From NCBI GenBank assembly GCA_965203325.1, contig OZ241875.1:3328001-3392000 (forward strand): a stretch of DNA of 64,000 bases, given 5' to 3'. The translations under genes and the position numbers were made by a program. The DNA is from a bacterium. GTDB taxonomy: Bacteria > UBA8248. The notes under the pieces are model-generated. The model had not been told where the DNA came from and searched no databases. It saw only the letters and a list, made by a program, of their open reading frames with translations. Shown in pieces: positions 48,399 through 58,756 of this stretch. Numbering within the stretch: the stretch's first letter is position 1; each line of letters begins with the position of its first letter.

Positions 48399-48815
48399 TC
48401 AGTCGGTCGTCCGCGTGAGAGTATAGCGTATGGTGAGCACGAGTGTCTTATCGAGCCAGGGCAGGGGGGCCGCTTTCCGCACCGCTTCCAGGGAGGCGTG
48501 GTCGAGATGGGCGTTGCCCGAGGTCTTCTTGATCCGTAAATTCCGCAACCGCCCGTCGGGCAGCACCCGGAAGCTCACCGTGGCCGCGCCCTCCGCCCCC
48601 GATTCACGCGCGAGCGGGGGATAATGCTGGTGGCGCCTGATGCGCCCGAGGATGGCCGCGACGCGCGCGTCCGCATCCGTCCCCACCCGGCGCTTCCTGA
48701 AGGTGAAAGAGGGCGCCTCGGGCGGTTCGTTCACGGAAGTCTCGATCTCCTGCGCGGGGAGAGGCGCAGGAATGGAGAGAACAAGGAGCGCGATGAGGGC
48801 AAGGGCTGTTCTCAT
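48399..48815 (-). CDS. tonB: TonB C-terminal domain protein
   Basis: YPPLARESGAEG..VSFRV..G..SGNAHLDHASLEAV. Confidence 0.85.
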   Translation of the reverse strand: MRTALALIALLVLSIPAPLPAQEIETSVNEPPEAPSFTFRKRRVGTDADARVAAILGRIRRHQHYPPLARESGAEGAATVSFRVLPDGRLRNLRIKKTSGNAHLDHASLEAVRKAAPLPWLDKTLVLTIRYTLTRTTD

Positions 48816-49597
48816 TCTCTCTCCTCCATCGTTCGCAGGATGAAGTATCGCTCGTCCCCGCCGTTCACCGGCAGTATCTGCGCGCGCACCCCGAACGCCT
48901 GTTCGATGAATTGGGGCCGCAGGACGCTTCGCGGGTTCCCGGAGACGAGGACTTCTCCCTGGTGGAGCAGGAGCAGTTCGTCGCAGTAGCGGTGCGCGAG
49001 GTTCAGGTCATGCACCGAGACCACCACGGTGCGGCCCCCGGAAGCCTGTGCGCGGAGGATGGCCAGGATGTCGAGACAGTGCCTCACGTCCAGATTCGCA
49101 AAGGGCTCATCGAGCAGCAGGACGGGCGTCTGCGCGGCGAGGGTTCTCGCGATCAGCACGCGCTTCATCTCCCCGCCCGAGAGTTCGTTGATCGCGCGGC
49201 CCGCCAGGTCTCCCGCGTCCACGTCTTGAAGCGCCGCATTCACCGCCTCGCGGTCCGCATCGGTCTCAGGCGCGAGCCTGCCCTGGTGGGGGTATCTCCC
49301 CATCATCACCGTCTCGTCGGCGCGGAAGGGAAAGGCGGGTTCGTGCTTCTGGGCGAGATAGCCGACGCGGCGGGCGATTTCTTTCCTGTCGAAGGCGTCG
49401 ATGGATTCGCCTTCGAGAGAGATGCGCCCGCTTTTCAGGGGCACGAGACCCGCGAGCGCGCGCAGGAGCGTCGTCTTGCCCGCGCCGTTGGGTCCGATGA
49501 CGCCCGTGAGCGCGCCGGGGCGGAAATCGGCCGACACGCCCTTGAGCACAATCCGCTCGCCGAGTTCGACGGTTGCGTTTTCGACGCTGAGCCGCAT
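48812..49597 (-). CDS. btuD: ABC transporter ATPase (cobalamin/Fe-chelate)
   Basis: GPNGAGKTT, LSGGE, LLLDEP. Confidence 0.85.
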   Translation of the reverse strand: MRLSVENATVELGERIVLKGVSADFRPGALTGVIGPNGAGKTTLLRALAGLVPLKSGRISLEGESIDAFDRKEIARRVGYLAQKHEPAFPFRADETVMMGRYPHQGRLAPETDADREAVNAALQDVDAGDLAGRAINELSGGEMKRVLIARTLAAQTPVLLLDEPFANLDVRHCLDILAILRAQASGGRTVVVSVHDLNLAHRYCDELLLLHQGEVLVSGNPRSVLRPQFIEQAFGVRAQILPVNGGDERYFILRTMEERE

Positions 49598-50631
49598 CAG
49601 AAGGTCTCCGCGCGCGCACGGTTCTTGACGATGAGGTACAGGAAGAAGGGCCCGCCGATACCCGCCGAGAGGACGCCCAGGCGTATCTCGCCCCCGGGGG
49701 AGAGCGTCCGCGCGAGCAGGTCCATCCCCGTCACGAAGACCGCGCCCGCGATCATGCTCAAGGGGAGGAGTCTCCGGTGGTCCGGCCCGGCCAGCATCCG
49801 CACGATGTGGGGGACGAGCAGGCCCACGAAGCCGACCACGCCCGCCACGGCCACCGACGCTCCGGCCGCGGCGGCGGCGATGACGAGGATCCACGCCTTC
49901 GTCCGCGCCGTGTCCACGCCGAGCGCCATGGCGGATTCTTCCCCCGACATCATGAGGTTGAGTTCGCGCCCGAAAAACGCGGCGGCGACCGCGGAGGCGG
50001 CGAAAAAGGGCGCCACGAGGATCACGTGCTCCCAGGTGCGGTTCGTGAGGCTCCCCATGAGCCAGAAGAGGATCTGGCGCGCGATCTCGAAATCGCTCAC
50101 GCTGTAGCTGAGCACGAGCGTCGTCAGCGCGCCCGCGATAGAGTTCACCGCCATGCCGCAGAGGATGAGCGCGCCCAGGGGCGTGTGTCCCTTGTGCGAT
50201 GCGACCAGCGAGACGAGGAACACCGTCGCGAGCGCGCCGCCGAAGGCGCTCAGGGGAACGGCCCAGATCGAGGCGGCCCCCAGACCCAGGGCGATGGCGC
50301 TCGTCGCGCCCAGCGCGCCGCCCGTGCTGGCACCTACGACGGCGGGGCTCGCCATCGGGTTCCGGAAAAGGCCCTGCAGCATCACGCCCGAGAGCGCCAG
50401 CGAGGCGCCGACGAAAGCGCCCGTGAGCGTGCGGGGGAGGCGGATGTGCCAGATGATGGCGCGCTCGTGCGCGGAGACGCCCGCCCCCTCGGTTGAGATG
50501 AGGCCGAGTTCGCTCAGGATGATTTTCACGATTTTATCGGCGCCGATATCCGCCACACCCAGACGGACGCTGAGCGCGGCAAGGAGCAGGGCGAGGGTGA
50601 CGAGCACAGCCGCCAGGGCGTATTTCCTCAT
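49597..50631 (-). CDS. btuC: FecCD/BtuC permease
   Basis: IRLPR, QGLFRNPMA, GEESAMALG, GFVGLLVPH. Confidence 0.85.
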   Translation of the reverse strand: MRKYALAAVLVTLALLLAALSVRLGVADIGADKIVKIILSELGLISTEGAGVSAHERAIIWHIRLPRTLTGAFVGASLALSGVMLQGLFRNPMASPAVVGASTGGALGATSAIALGLGAASIWAVPLSAFGGALATVFLVSLVASHKGHTPLGALILCGMAVNSIAGALTTLVLSYSVSDFEIARQILFWLMGSLTNRTWEHVILVAPFFAASAVAAAFFGRELNLMMSGEESAMALGVDTARTKAWILVIAAAAAGASVAVAGVVGFVGLLVPHIVRMLAGPDHRRLLPLSMIAGAVFVTGMDLLARTLSPGGEIRLGVLSAGIGGPFFLYLIVKNRARAETF

Positions 50632-51494
50632 GGATAAAGCCCTCTCACCAGATCGTCCAGTGCGCCTGCGATGTATTGCGACACGCTCGAGAAGCGCGGG
50701 TAGGGGATCTCGACGATCTTCTTTTCCCGCAGGGGGGCGTAGACCCCGTTCGCGCGGATGACGTCCTTCATGCCCGCGCCTGATTCGGGGTGCGCCCCCA
50801 CCATGATGACGTCCGGGTCCCAGGCGATGATTCGCTCCGCCGACACCCTCCGCGCTCCCCGCAACCCGCGTTCGGCGGCGGCGTTCACGCCGCCTGCAAG
50901 GCGGATGAGCGCATCGTGCGAGGTGCCTTCGCCCGTCACCCACCCGCCCCGCACGAGAGTGAGAATGCGCGGGGGCTTCGCATCGGGCGGTATGCGCGCG
51001 CGGATGGCGCGGATTCTCTCGCGGGCATCTTTAATGAGTTTTTGCGCCTTCGCTTCTTCACCGATCAGGCGGCCCATCTTCTCGATGCTTGCGAAAACGT
51101 CCGCAACGCCGCTGAAAGAGGAGAATCTGGACACCGGCACTCCGGCGGCCCGCAGGTGGTTCAGGAACGCGGCGCTCGAATACGAGGCGACAAACACCAT
51201 GTCCGGCCTTAATGCGATGATGCGCTCGGGCGCGCTGTCGATGAGGGGGATGCTCCCCACCTTATCGGCGACGTTGGAATAGCCCGGATGTCCGGCCAGC
51301 TTGTGCAGGCCGACGATTCTTTCTCTGGGCGCGAGAGCGAGGAGCATCTCGGCGGTGGCGAGCGTCATGGCGATCAGCCGTTCGGGCTTCCTGGCGGCGC
51401 GGGCGGGTGCGGCCCCCTCCGGCATCGGGGAGAGCGCAGCCCATAGAAGAGCCGCCGCCAGGAAGCGAATTTTGAGATTATTCCATAATCGCAT
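50628..51494 (-). CDS. btuF: Periplasmic cobalamin/Fe-chelate binding protein
   Basis: PERLIAM..ATAEMLLAL, ERIIALRPD. Confidence 0.8.
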   Translation of the reverse strand: MRLWNNLKIRFLAAALLWAALSPMPEGAAPARAARKPERLIAMTLATAEMLLALAPRERIVGLHKLAGHPGYSNVADKVGSIPLIDSAPERIIALRPDMVFVASYSSAAFLNHLRAAGVPVSRFSSFSGVADVFASIEKMGRLIGEEAKAQKLIKDARERIRAIRARIPPDAKPPRILTLVRGGWVTGEGTSHDALIRLAGGVNAAAERGLRGARRVSAERIIAWDPDVIMVGAHPESGAGMKDVIRANGVYAPLREKKIVEIPYPRFSSVSQYIAGALDDLVRGLYP

Positions 51495-51602
51495 CTACCG
51501 TCCCTTGCGCAAAGCCCCGCTTTAAGGGCTGTTGGAAAACCCCTCCAAAGAGGAGATATCCCTCTCTCCTCGGTCGGGTTTCAAATTCACTCCTCCTCAA
51601 AA

Positions 51603-51851
51603 GGGGCTGTTGAAAAAGTCCACAGAAGGAGCGCGCTAGATTTCACTCCCCCCTTGAGGGGGAGTCAACGAGACAAGGGCGAAGCCCGCAGGCGAGTTGG
51701 TGGGGGGACATTCCACAGAGTAAACCTCCCCCCACCGATTCAGCCTTCGCAAAAACCGCTCGGCTTCATCGACTCCCCCTCAAGGGGGGAGTGAACTTCA
51801 AAATCTTGCGCTCAACCAAAATCGCTCCACAAGGCCTTTTCCAACAACCCC
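51603..51851. mobile_element. MITE-like element between btuB and btuF
   Basis: Ends GGGGCTGTTGAAAAA and TTTTCCAACAACCCC; extra left end at ~51526. Confidence 0.65.
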
Positions 51852-53890
51852 TAGAAGACCGCCCTCACGCCCGCGAACCACTGTACTCCGGGCGCGCCGT
51901 AGCCGTAGACGGCCTCGTATTCCTCATCGAGCGCGTTGTTCACCTTGAGCTCGACCGTCAAGTCTTTCACCTTCGATTTTCTCGTCCTGTCGAACATCGA
52001 GATACGGTCCTTCACGACGTCCAAAGAGAGCGCCAGGTCCACCCGCGTGAAGCCGGGGTTCACCACCCTCGGGTAGGGCCAGGGTGCGGAGTCGTCGATG
52101 TCCCACCTGTCGCTCACCGTGTTGACGCGCAGGGTCGCTTTCAGTCGCTCGGGGTGGTAGCTGACCGAAGCGCTCCACCACCAGTCCGGGCGTCTTAAGA
52201 GTTCTTCTCCCTCCACGTAGCTCGGCGCGCCGAGGCCTCCGGTTTCGAGCGTCTCCGTGTCCATGAGGTTGTAGCTCGCATGGGCCGAGAAGTCGTGAAA
52301 ATCAAGTAGCGAGAAGGAGAGTTCCGCGCCCTTGACGCGCGCCTTCTGGATGTTCTCGTAGTTCGTGCCGTTCTCGAAAGGCGTGAACGAGTAGGCGATC
52401 AGGTCGTCGATATCGTTCACGTAATACGTGGCGCTGAACTTTATCTTGTTGCCCGCCAGGAACTGATCGAAACCCGCCTCCCAGCTTTTTTGCCGCTCGC
52501 TCTTGAGATTCGGGTTGCCGGGGCCATAGACGTCGAGCAACTCGGCGAAGGAGGGCCGCTTGACGCCCTCGCCCACAGCACCCCTTATCCGTGCGCCGGT
52601 TCCGGGGATTTTATAGGAAGCGGAGAGTTTTCCGGTCGTCTCGTCTTCGCCGACGTCGAAGGTGTCCACCCGCGCTCCGCCCGCGAGGGTGAAGCCGTTT
52701 TGGAATTGAAACTGCTGCTGCGCATAGAAGGAGGTGGCTCGCCTGTCACTGTCGTATTCGCTGTCCCCGAAAGCGGACGCGCTCTTGATGGAGATGTCCT
52801 CCGTCTCCCATTCGACACCCAGCGTGGACACCGACCGGCGAAGCGCGCGGAAGCCCAGTTGCTCCCCTGTGAGCCTCACGTTCACCTGGGTGTCGAAGTG
52901 AAGCCGGGTGCCGTCCGTCTCCGTTTTGCTCGCGCTCGGGTCCAGCTCGTCGGGTTTGTTCTCATCGAGCGTGTCTCTCAAATAAACGGAGACGCGCGGA
53001 ACAAATTCGAGCCACGGGAAAAGCTTCAAGTGCGCGCGTGCGCCGATGAGTTGTTCGGTGAGGTCCCTGTATTTGTTGGGTTCGGTGTAGCCCTGGTGAG
53101 CGGGACCCGGAAGGTCGTAGTGGTTCCGGTTGGCGTGATAGAGAAAACGCACCCTGGCGTTTTCAGACAGGAAATGATCCAGCCCCACCGTCCCCACGGT
53201 GCGGTAGTAGCCGTCGTTCGGAAGATGGCCTTCCGTGTCGAGGCGGCTCAGGCTCGCCATGTATCCGCTCTTCGCCGTTCCGCCCTTCAGCTTGAATGTC
53301 TCCTCGAACGTCTCGAAGCTGCCGCCCCTCGCGCGGACGGTGAAAGAAGGCGCTTCTCCGGGCTTACCAATGTCCGTAATAAAATTCATGACGCCCGAAG
53401 CCGCGTCCGAACCGTACAGCGGGCTTTGGGGGCCTTTCAGGATTTCGGCTGTGCCCACCCACTCGGGTGACAAGTGCCCGAAGTCGTACGCGCTCCCGTC
53501 CGGGAAGGTGAGCTTGAAGCCGTCCATCATCACGCTGGTGAAGTTGCTCTCGCTCCCTCTCAGGAACAGGCTCGACTGGCCGCCCCGTCCGCTCGTCTGC
53601 GGGAGGATGACGCCCGCTCCCTCGCTCAGGAAGTCGATCATGTCGCCGGGCTGGAGGCTCTCGATTCTTTCGAGGTCGAACACCTCCACCGAATCGGCCA
53701 CGTCGCTGACCCGCTCGGGCGTGCGCGTCGCCGTGACGGTGATGGGGTCGAGGTAGAGTTCCTCTTCGGCATTTTGCGCGCCGGCCTTGCTTGCCCCTCC
53801 CAACAGAATGAGTGCGGCGAGCCATAGAGCGGATATAATCCGGATGAAGCGGATGGATGATCGGGTGGGTTTTCTTGCGACGCCTTGCAT
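51851..53890 (-). CDS. btuB: TonB-dependent cobalamin receptor
   Basis: TonB box ITVTATR, FLRG..DG, EILKGPQSPLYGSDA, terminal F; under cobalamin riboswitches; AAGGAGG RBS. Confidence 0.85.
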   Translation of the reverse strand: MQGVARKPTRSSIRFIRIISALWLAALILLGGASKAGAQNAEEELYLDPITVTATRTPERVSDVADSVEVFDLERIESLQPGDMIDFLSEGAGVILPQTSGRGGQSSLFLRGSESNFTSVMMDGFKLTFPDGSAYDFGHLSPEWVGTAEILKGPQSPLYGSDAASGVMNFITDIGKPGEAPSFTVRARGGSFETFEETFKLKGGTAKSGYMASLSRLDTEGHLPNDGYYRTVGTVGLDHFLSENARVRFLYHANRNHYDLPGPAHQGYTEPNKYRDLTEQLIGARAHLKLFPWLEFVPRVSVYLRDTLDENKPDELDPSASKTETDGTRLHFDTQVNVRLTGEQLGFRALRRSVSTLGVEWETEDISIKSASAFGDSEYDSDRRATSFYAQQQFQFQNGFTLAGGARVDTFDVGEDETTGKLSASYKIPGTGARIRGAVGEGVKRPSFAELLDVYGPGNPNLKSERQKSWEAGFDQFLAGNKIKFSATYYVNDIDDLIAYSFTPFENGTNYENIQKARVKGAELSFSLLDFHDFSAHASYNLMDTETLETGGLGAPSYVEGEELLRRPDWWWSASVSYHPERLKATLRVNTVSDRWDIDDSAPWPYPRVVNPGFTRVDLALSLDVVKDRISMFDRTRKSKVKDLTVELKVNNALDEEYEAVYGYGAPGVQWFAGVRAVF

Positions 53891-53958
53891 GATGTGATGC
53901 CTCCTTGAGCGGCCCAAGCGCTCGAAACGGACCCCTTGCGGGGTCGTGTGGAGATGAT

Positions 53959-54102
53959 GCCGACAGGCCGGTCTTCTGGCTCGCGCCGATGGCCGCCTTT
54001 CATTCCTTCCCGGGTGTATCCCGGTGGACTGCATGAAAGGCGCGTCGCTTACAGCTGCCGGGCAGCTCCGGATTCGCACCGGATTCCCGTACACCTGCCG
54101 GC
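53959..54102 (-). ncRNA. Cobalamin riboswitch (proximal)
   Basis: AGGTG..GGGAATCCGGTGCGAATCCGGAGCTGCCCGGCAGCTGTAA..CCACCGGG..GGGAAGG..GAGCCAGAAGACCGGCC. Confidence 0.92.
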
Positions 54103-54132
54103 TGTTTCAGCGGCGGACGCTCCGCCGCGCTT

Positions 54133-54472
54133 ATGGTTGTTGAAAAAGCCCTCCGACGAGTGCTTGTTGACTCCCCCAATCGAGAGCGTTCACCGTCATT
54201 CCGGCAATCAATGCCGACCGAGGAGGGAGGGATTGCCCGGAATCCATTTTTACGCCTTTTGCCTTTTGTCCTGATACCTGCGCATCGGCGGGAAATGAAA
54301 CGCCGCCTATGTTCACCCGAATCCGCAAATGGATTCCGGCTTTCGCCGGAATGACGAACCAAACCACACCGCGTATTGTAGTGACAGCCCCTCCTCGGGG
54401 CTGTCCCACAGGTCGCGACCTGTCCCTACGGCGAACGCTCTCGAAAGTCGGACAGGCCTTTCTCAACAACTC
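54133..54472. mobile_element. MITE-like element with REPs between the riboswitches
   Basis: Ends GGTTGTTGAAAAAGCCC and GGCCTTTCTCAACAAC; CGTCATTCCGGC and GCCGGAATGACG plus GTAG-type palindromes inside. Confidence 0.6.
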
Positions 54473-54607
54473 TCGCTTATGACGAAAGAACAGGCGCGCG
54501 TCCGCGTGGGGCACGCGCTCCGGATGTTGCTCTCGACTTGGTGTGTGAAGATGCCAGGATACCACCCACCTCCCGTTCCGCGAGGACGTGACGGGTCAAA
54601 AGGTTGC

Positions 54608-54765
54608 CGCAGGTCGGTCTCCTGGCTTCCGGATCAGCCTACTCACGGCCCCTTCCCGGCGGCGTGCGCCAGTGGTTTCGGCCGCTTTCGTCCCCGGTCA
54701 CAGTGGCGGGTCCGCGCCGGATTCTCACCGGCTTCCCGGGCTTTCACCGAGAAAGCCCACCTGCG
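54608..54765 (-). ncRNA. Cobalamin riboswitch (distal)
   Basis: AGGTG..GGGAAGCCGGTGAGAATCCGGCGCGGACCCGCCACTGTGA..CCACTGG..GGGAAGG..AAGCCAGGAGACCGACC. Confidence 0.92.
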
Positions 54766-54828
54766 ACAGGTCGGAACAAATGCTTTCCAGCTACAAAATC
54801 AGCGCGCTGCGATGGCCGGCATCAGATA

Positions 54829-55332
54829 TCAGACCGCCTCGTACTTGTCGCGCGTGATGGTGTCGAGATCGATGCCTTCGATGCGGACGAGGCGCGTCTC
54901 CCCCTCGCGCTTGGGCGAGTGGAATTCGCCCACGTCGTAGGCCTTCGAGAGGCCCGGCGTGAGGTCGTAGCTGCGCACGGCCCGCACCTTGCCGGGCGCT
55001 GCGCCGTTGGGCCGCTCGACGAGTTCGTAGTCCGTCATCGTGGTGGTGCCCACCGCCTGGCCGTAGATGGCCCAGGATTCCCCGTGGTCGTGCGGGGAAC
55101 TTCCGGTCACGCCCTTGTGAACGTGGGCGAAGATGCAAAAGCCGATCTCGGGGTCCTTGTAGAGCATCTTGCGGGGGGAGTCGTTGTCCGGCCCGAGGTG
55201 CTCCTGAACGAACTCTTGGTTCACCAGCACTTTCTCCAGTGCGTCGCTCACCTTCTGGAGGCCCGCCTTGCTGGAATCGGATTTCAGAATCTCGTGGCAT
55301 TCGGCTGCGAATTTATCGAGGATTTCACCCAT
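54829..55332 (-). CDS. Cupin, cysteine-dioxygenase-like
   Basis: SSPHDHGESWAIYG..GEFHSP. Confidence 0.75.
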   Translation of the reverse strand: MGEILDKFAAECHEILKSDSSKAGLQKVSDALEKVLVNQEFVQEHLGPDNDSPRKMLYKDPEIGFCIFAHVHKGVTGSSPHDHGESWAIYGQAVGTTTMTDYELVERPNGAAPGKVRAVRSYDLTPGLSKAYDVGEFHSPKREGETRLVRIEGIDLDTITRDKYEAV

Positions 55333-55499
55333 CGTTCGCTCTCCTTGTGTTTGAGAGGTTGATTTTCCATTCATTCTAACGGCAGCCCGCGTCTTTTGCA
55401 AAACGATTGAGAGGGGAGCGTGCTTTTCGCGTATTCGGTGTATGATGCGGGAATATCCCGAAGCGGCATAAAGGCGGACTCCCACAAGGGGGCTTTTGG

Positions 55500-56276
55500 G
55501 TGGATACGTCGAAGCAGCGGAACATCGAGACCTTCACGCGGATGGCGGAGACCTACGGCGGCTATTACAGCGACGCGGAACAGGCGCGCCTGGGCGCGAT
55601 GGCCGAGCGGGTCGGCTTCGGCGAAGGCTCCTGGCTGGTCGATTTCGGGATGGGCACGGGCACTTCCGCAAAGCCCTTTCTGGCGGCGGGCGGGAACGTC
55701 GTGGGTCTCGATCTCACCCCCGCGATGACCAAGAGAGGGCGCGAGCGCCTGCGCGAGTGGGGTCTGGAAGCGAACGCCCGCTACGTCATGGCGAACGCGC
55801 ACGAAGCACCCCTGGCGGCGGGGGCCGCCGATGCCGCCATCTGCCGCCACACGTTTCATCATCTCGAAGACCCCAAAAAAGTTTTCGGTGAGATGGCCCG
55901 CGCCGTCCGTCCCGGCGGCCACGTCTTCCTGATCGACTACCACTACCCCGACGAAGCCGAAGAGCGCGAGAAGATAGAAGAACTCGACCGGGTGCGGGAG
56001 CCGACCATCACGCGGCATCTCTCCGGAAAGGAGATGGAAGGTTTGTTTCACGCGGAAGGAATCCGGGTCGAGGAGAAAGTGGTCGACCGGACGGACACGC
56101 CCTTCGATGAATGGATGGACCTCGCCAAGACCTCGCCCGATGTGTTCCCGAAACTGAGAGCCGCCTTCGAGCGCCTGCGCGACCAGGGCGGAAGCTGGTA
56201 TGAGGAAAGCGGCGAGGGCTCTGAATTCTCCGTCATCAGGAAACGCCTGACCATCCTGGGCCAAAAACCGGCCTGA
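55500..56276 (+). CDS. Class I SAM-dependent methyltransferase
   Basis: VDFGMGTG, GLDLT, FHHLEDP, RAVRPGG. Confidence 0.9.
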   Translation: MDTSKQRNIETFTRMAETYGGYYSDAEQARLGAMAERVGFGEGSWLVDFGMGTGTSAKPFLAAGGNVVGLDLTPAMTKRGRERLREWGLEANARYVMANAHEAPLAAGAADAAICRHTFHHLEDPKKVFGEMARAVRPGGHVFLIDYHYPDEAEEREKIEELDRVREPTITRHLSGKEMEGLFHAEGIRVEEKVVDRTDTPFDEWMDLAKTSPDVFPKLRAAFERLRDQGGSWYEESGEGSEFSVIRKRLTILGQKPA

Positions 56277-56289
56277 GTATCTTATCCCC

Positions 56290-57981
56290 TCAAAGCTCTT
56301 GGGGCGGTTTGCCCAGTGGAGCGGGCTTGACGACCGCGTCGATGAGATAGGGTTTGCCGCTTTGCGCGGCCTCGGCGAGGTGCGCTTCCAGCTCATCCGG
56401 CGAATGGACGCGCGCGGCGTCCACGCCCATCGATTCGGCCAGCCTGATGAAATCGAGGCTCGGTTCCGTCAGGTCCATGCCGACGAATTTGTGAAACTCC
56501 TTCGCCTTGCCGTCGAGCGCGAGCACGCGCCCTTTGAGAATATGGTAGGCCCCGTTGTTCGCGATGACGAATATCGCGCCGATATCGTATTTCGCCGCCG
56601 TCCAGAGCGTCTGGTTCGAATACATGGCCGAGCCGTCGCCCGAGAGGCAGATGACGGGGCGGTCGGGCGTCGCTATCTTCGCTCCCAGCGCCATCGGCAG
56701 GCCGGTCCCGATGCCGCCGCCCTTTCTCCCGAAAATCTGGGACGCTTTGCGCCCCACCGCGCGCCGGAAGCCGGGTCCGGCGGAGGTGAGCGCCTCATCC
56801 ACCCAGACGGACCCTTCGGGCGCGCCCGCGCCGAGTGCGCGGTGAAAGGCGGGAAGGGACATGCCTTCCGAAAAATCGCTTTGCTCCGCCGGGGGCGGGG
56901 CGGCCTCGCGCGCGCTCTGGTTTTCCTGAGCGATTCGCTCCGCGCGCGCTTTCGCCCCCGCTGCCTCGTCCGCCGTCTGCGCTTTCGCCACGGCTCCCGT
57001 CAGGACGGGGAGGGTGGTTTTCGGGTCTCCGTAGAGTGCGGCGTCCAGGCCGAAGTTCTTGCCCATCTCCCATGCGTTGAGATCCAGGTGAACGACCCGG
57101 CAGCTCTCGGGCAGCGGGCGTACGTCGGCGGGGTATGAGAACAGGAATACCTCCGTGCCGATGAGGAACACCAGGTCTGATTCTGCGAGGCGCTCCCGCA
57201 AGGGTCTGGCGAGGATGGGGAGTTTCCCGGCGTAGAGCGGGTGCGCCATGGGATATGTGATCAGGTTGGCGAAGTTCTCCTCGAACGCCTTGGCGCCGAT
57301 TTGCTCGGCGAATGCCGCCAGCTCGTCCAGCGCGCCCGAGTGCGCGACGCCGGCGCCCGAAACGATACAGGGCCGCTCGGCTTTCGCGATGAGCGCCGCG
57401 GCCGCCTCGACCGATTCCGCCGATGCGGCGAAGCGCGTGTGGATGCGCGTGGGCTTTTCCTTAAGTCCGGAGGCGGGGCTTAGCATGACGTCGCCGGGCA
57501 GGGAGAGGAAGACCGGCCCGGTCGGCGGCGTCATGGACACCTTGACGGCGCGGCGCACGGCTTGTTCCAGATCCTCGACGCGGCGCACCTCGTACGACCA
57601 CTTCACGAGCGGCTCCGCCATGCGCGCGAGATCGTCATAGAGGATGATTTCCTGAAAGTGCCCGCTCTGGGGCTGGTTCCCGGCGGTGACGAGCATGGGC
57701 GCACCCGAGCGCTTGGCGTTGTAGAGAAGCCCCATCGCGTTACCGAGGCCAGGGGCGACGTGGAGGTTGATGGCGGCGGGTCTTCCCGTGCTTAAGCCGT
57801 AGCCTTCCGCCGCCGATACCGCCACGCCCTCGTGCAGCGTGAGGATGAACTCGAGTCTTTCTTCGTTCACGAGCGCGTCCATGAGGGGAAGCTCCGTCGT
57901 GCCCGGGTTCCCGAACAGGTGCGTCACGCCCTCATCGAGCAGGGTTTCGAGCAGCAAGGATGCGCCGTTTGCATTTCTCAT
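56290..57981 (-). CDS. ThDP-dependent enzyme (benzoylformate decarboxylase-like)
   Basis: FGNPGTTELP, LHE, GDGSAMY...NN. Confidence 0.9.
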   Translation of the reverse strand: MRNANGASLLLETLLDEGVTHLFGNPGTTELPLMDALVNEERLEFILTLHEGVAVSAAEGYGLSTGRPAAINLHVAPGLGNAMGLLYNAKRSGAPMLVTAGNQPQSGHFQEIILYDDLARMAEPLVKWSYEVRRVEDLEQAVRRAVKVSMTPPTGPVFLSLPGDVMLSPASGLKEKPTRIHTRFAASAESVEAAAALIAKAERPCIVSGAGVAHSGALDELAAFAEQIGAKAFEENFANLITYPMAHPLYAGKLPILARPLRERLAESDLVFLIGTEVFLFSYPADVRPLPESCRVVHLDLNAWEMGKNFGLDAALYGDPKTTLPVLTGAVAKAQTADEAAGAKARAERIAQENQSAREAAPPPAEQSDFSEGMSLPAFHRALGAGAPEGSVWVDEALTSAGPGFRRAVGRKASQIFGRKGGGIGTGLPMALGAKIATPDRPVICLSGDGSAMYSNQTLWTAAKYDIGAIFVIANNGAYHILKGRVLALDGKAKEFHKFVGMDLTEPSLDFIRLAESMGVDAARVHSPDELEAHLAEAAQSGKPYLIDAVVKPAPLGKPPQEL

Positions 57982-58018
57982 CTGTCTGGCCTCTGGCTAG
58001 TCGTGGAAAAGGTAAGGA

Positions 58019-58756
58019 TTAGTGGAAGTAATTGCCGCCGTTCACCAGGAGGGTCTGGCCGGTGACGTAGGCGTTCCGGATCATCATCATGACGGCGTCG
58101 ACCGTCTCCTCCACAGTGCCGAACCGCGCCATCGGCGTGTTCGGCGGGGCGGCGCGCAGGTCCTGTGTCGTCATGTCGGTGTCGATGATGGCGGGCGCCA
58201 CGCTGTTCACCGTTATTCCTTCTTTCACCAGGGCGGCGGCGTAGCCGTGGGTGAGGCCGTGCATGCCCGCCTTCGAAGCCGCGTAGTGCGGCCCGACGCG
58301 CCCGCCCGTGAAGGCGGCGTTCGAGGAGACGTTCACGATTCTGCCCCACCGCGCCTCTCGCATGTCGGGCAGGACGGCCTGCGTGAGCAGAAACGCGGAT
58401 TTGAGATTCACGGCAAGCGTGGCGTCCCAATCGGCCTCGGTGAGTTCGTCGAAAGGTTTCGTGATGGCGATCCCTGCGTTGTTGATGAGGATCGAGACGG
58501 GGCCGTAGCGTTTTCTCGTCTCATCCACGAGGCGGCGCGCGTCTTCGGCCTGCGATACGTCCGCCTGGATGATAAAGGCCGCACCGCCCGCCTCTTCTAT
58601 CAGGCGGCGGGTCTCCTCCGCCTCGTCCGCGCGCTCGCGGTAGTTCACCGCCACGCGGCAGCCCGCGCTCCCCAGGGCCAGCGCGCACCCGCGTCCGATG
58701 CCCCGGCTCGCGCCGGTGACGATGCAGGTTTTTCCTTTCATAAGGTCTGGCGACAA
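58019..58756 (-). CDS. SDR family oxidoreductase (FabG-like)
   Basis: TGASRGIG, NNAG, YAASK. Confidence 0.92.
   Translation of the reverse strand: MSPDLMKGKTCIVTGASRGIGRGCALALGSAGCRVAVNYRERADEAEETRRLIEEAGGAAFIIQADVSQAEDARRLVDETRKRYGPVSILINNAGIAITKPFDELTEADWDATLAVNLKSAFLLTQAVLPDMREARWGRIVNVSSNAAFTGGRVGPHYAASKAGMHGLTHGYAAALVKEGITVNSVAPAIIDTDMTTQDLRAAPPNTPMARFGTVEETVDAVMMMIRNAYVTGQTLLVNGGNYFH

Noticed and set aside
54131..54565. 144-aa ORF between the riboswitches
   Set aside because: Mostly reads through MITE/REP sequence; not protein-like
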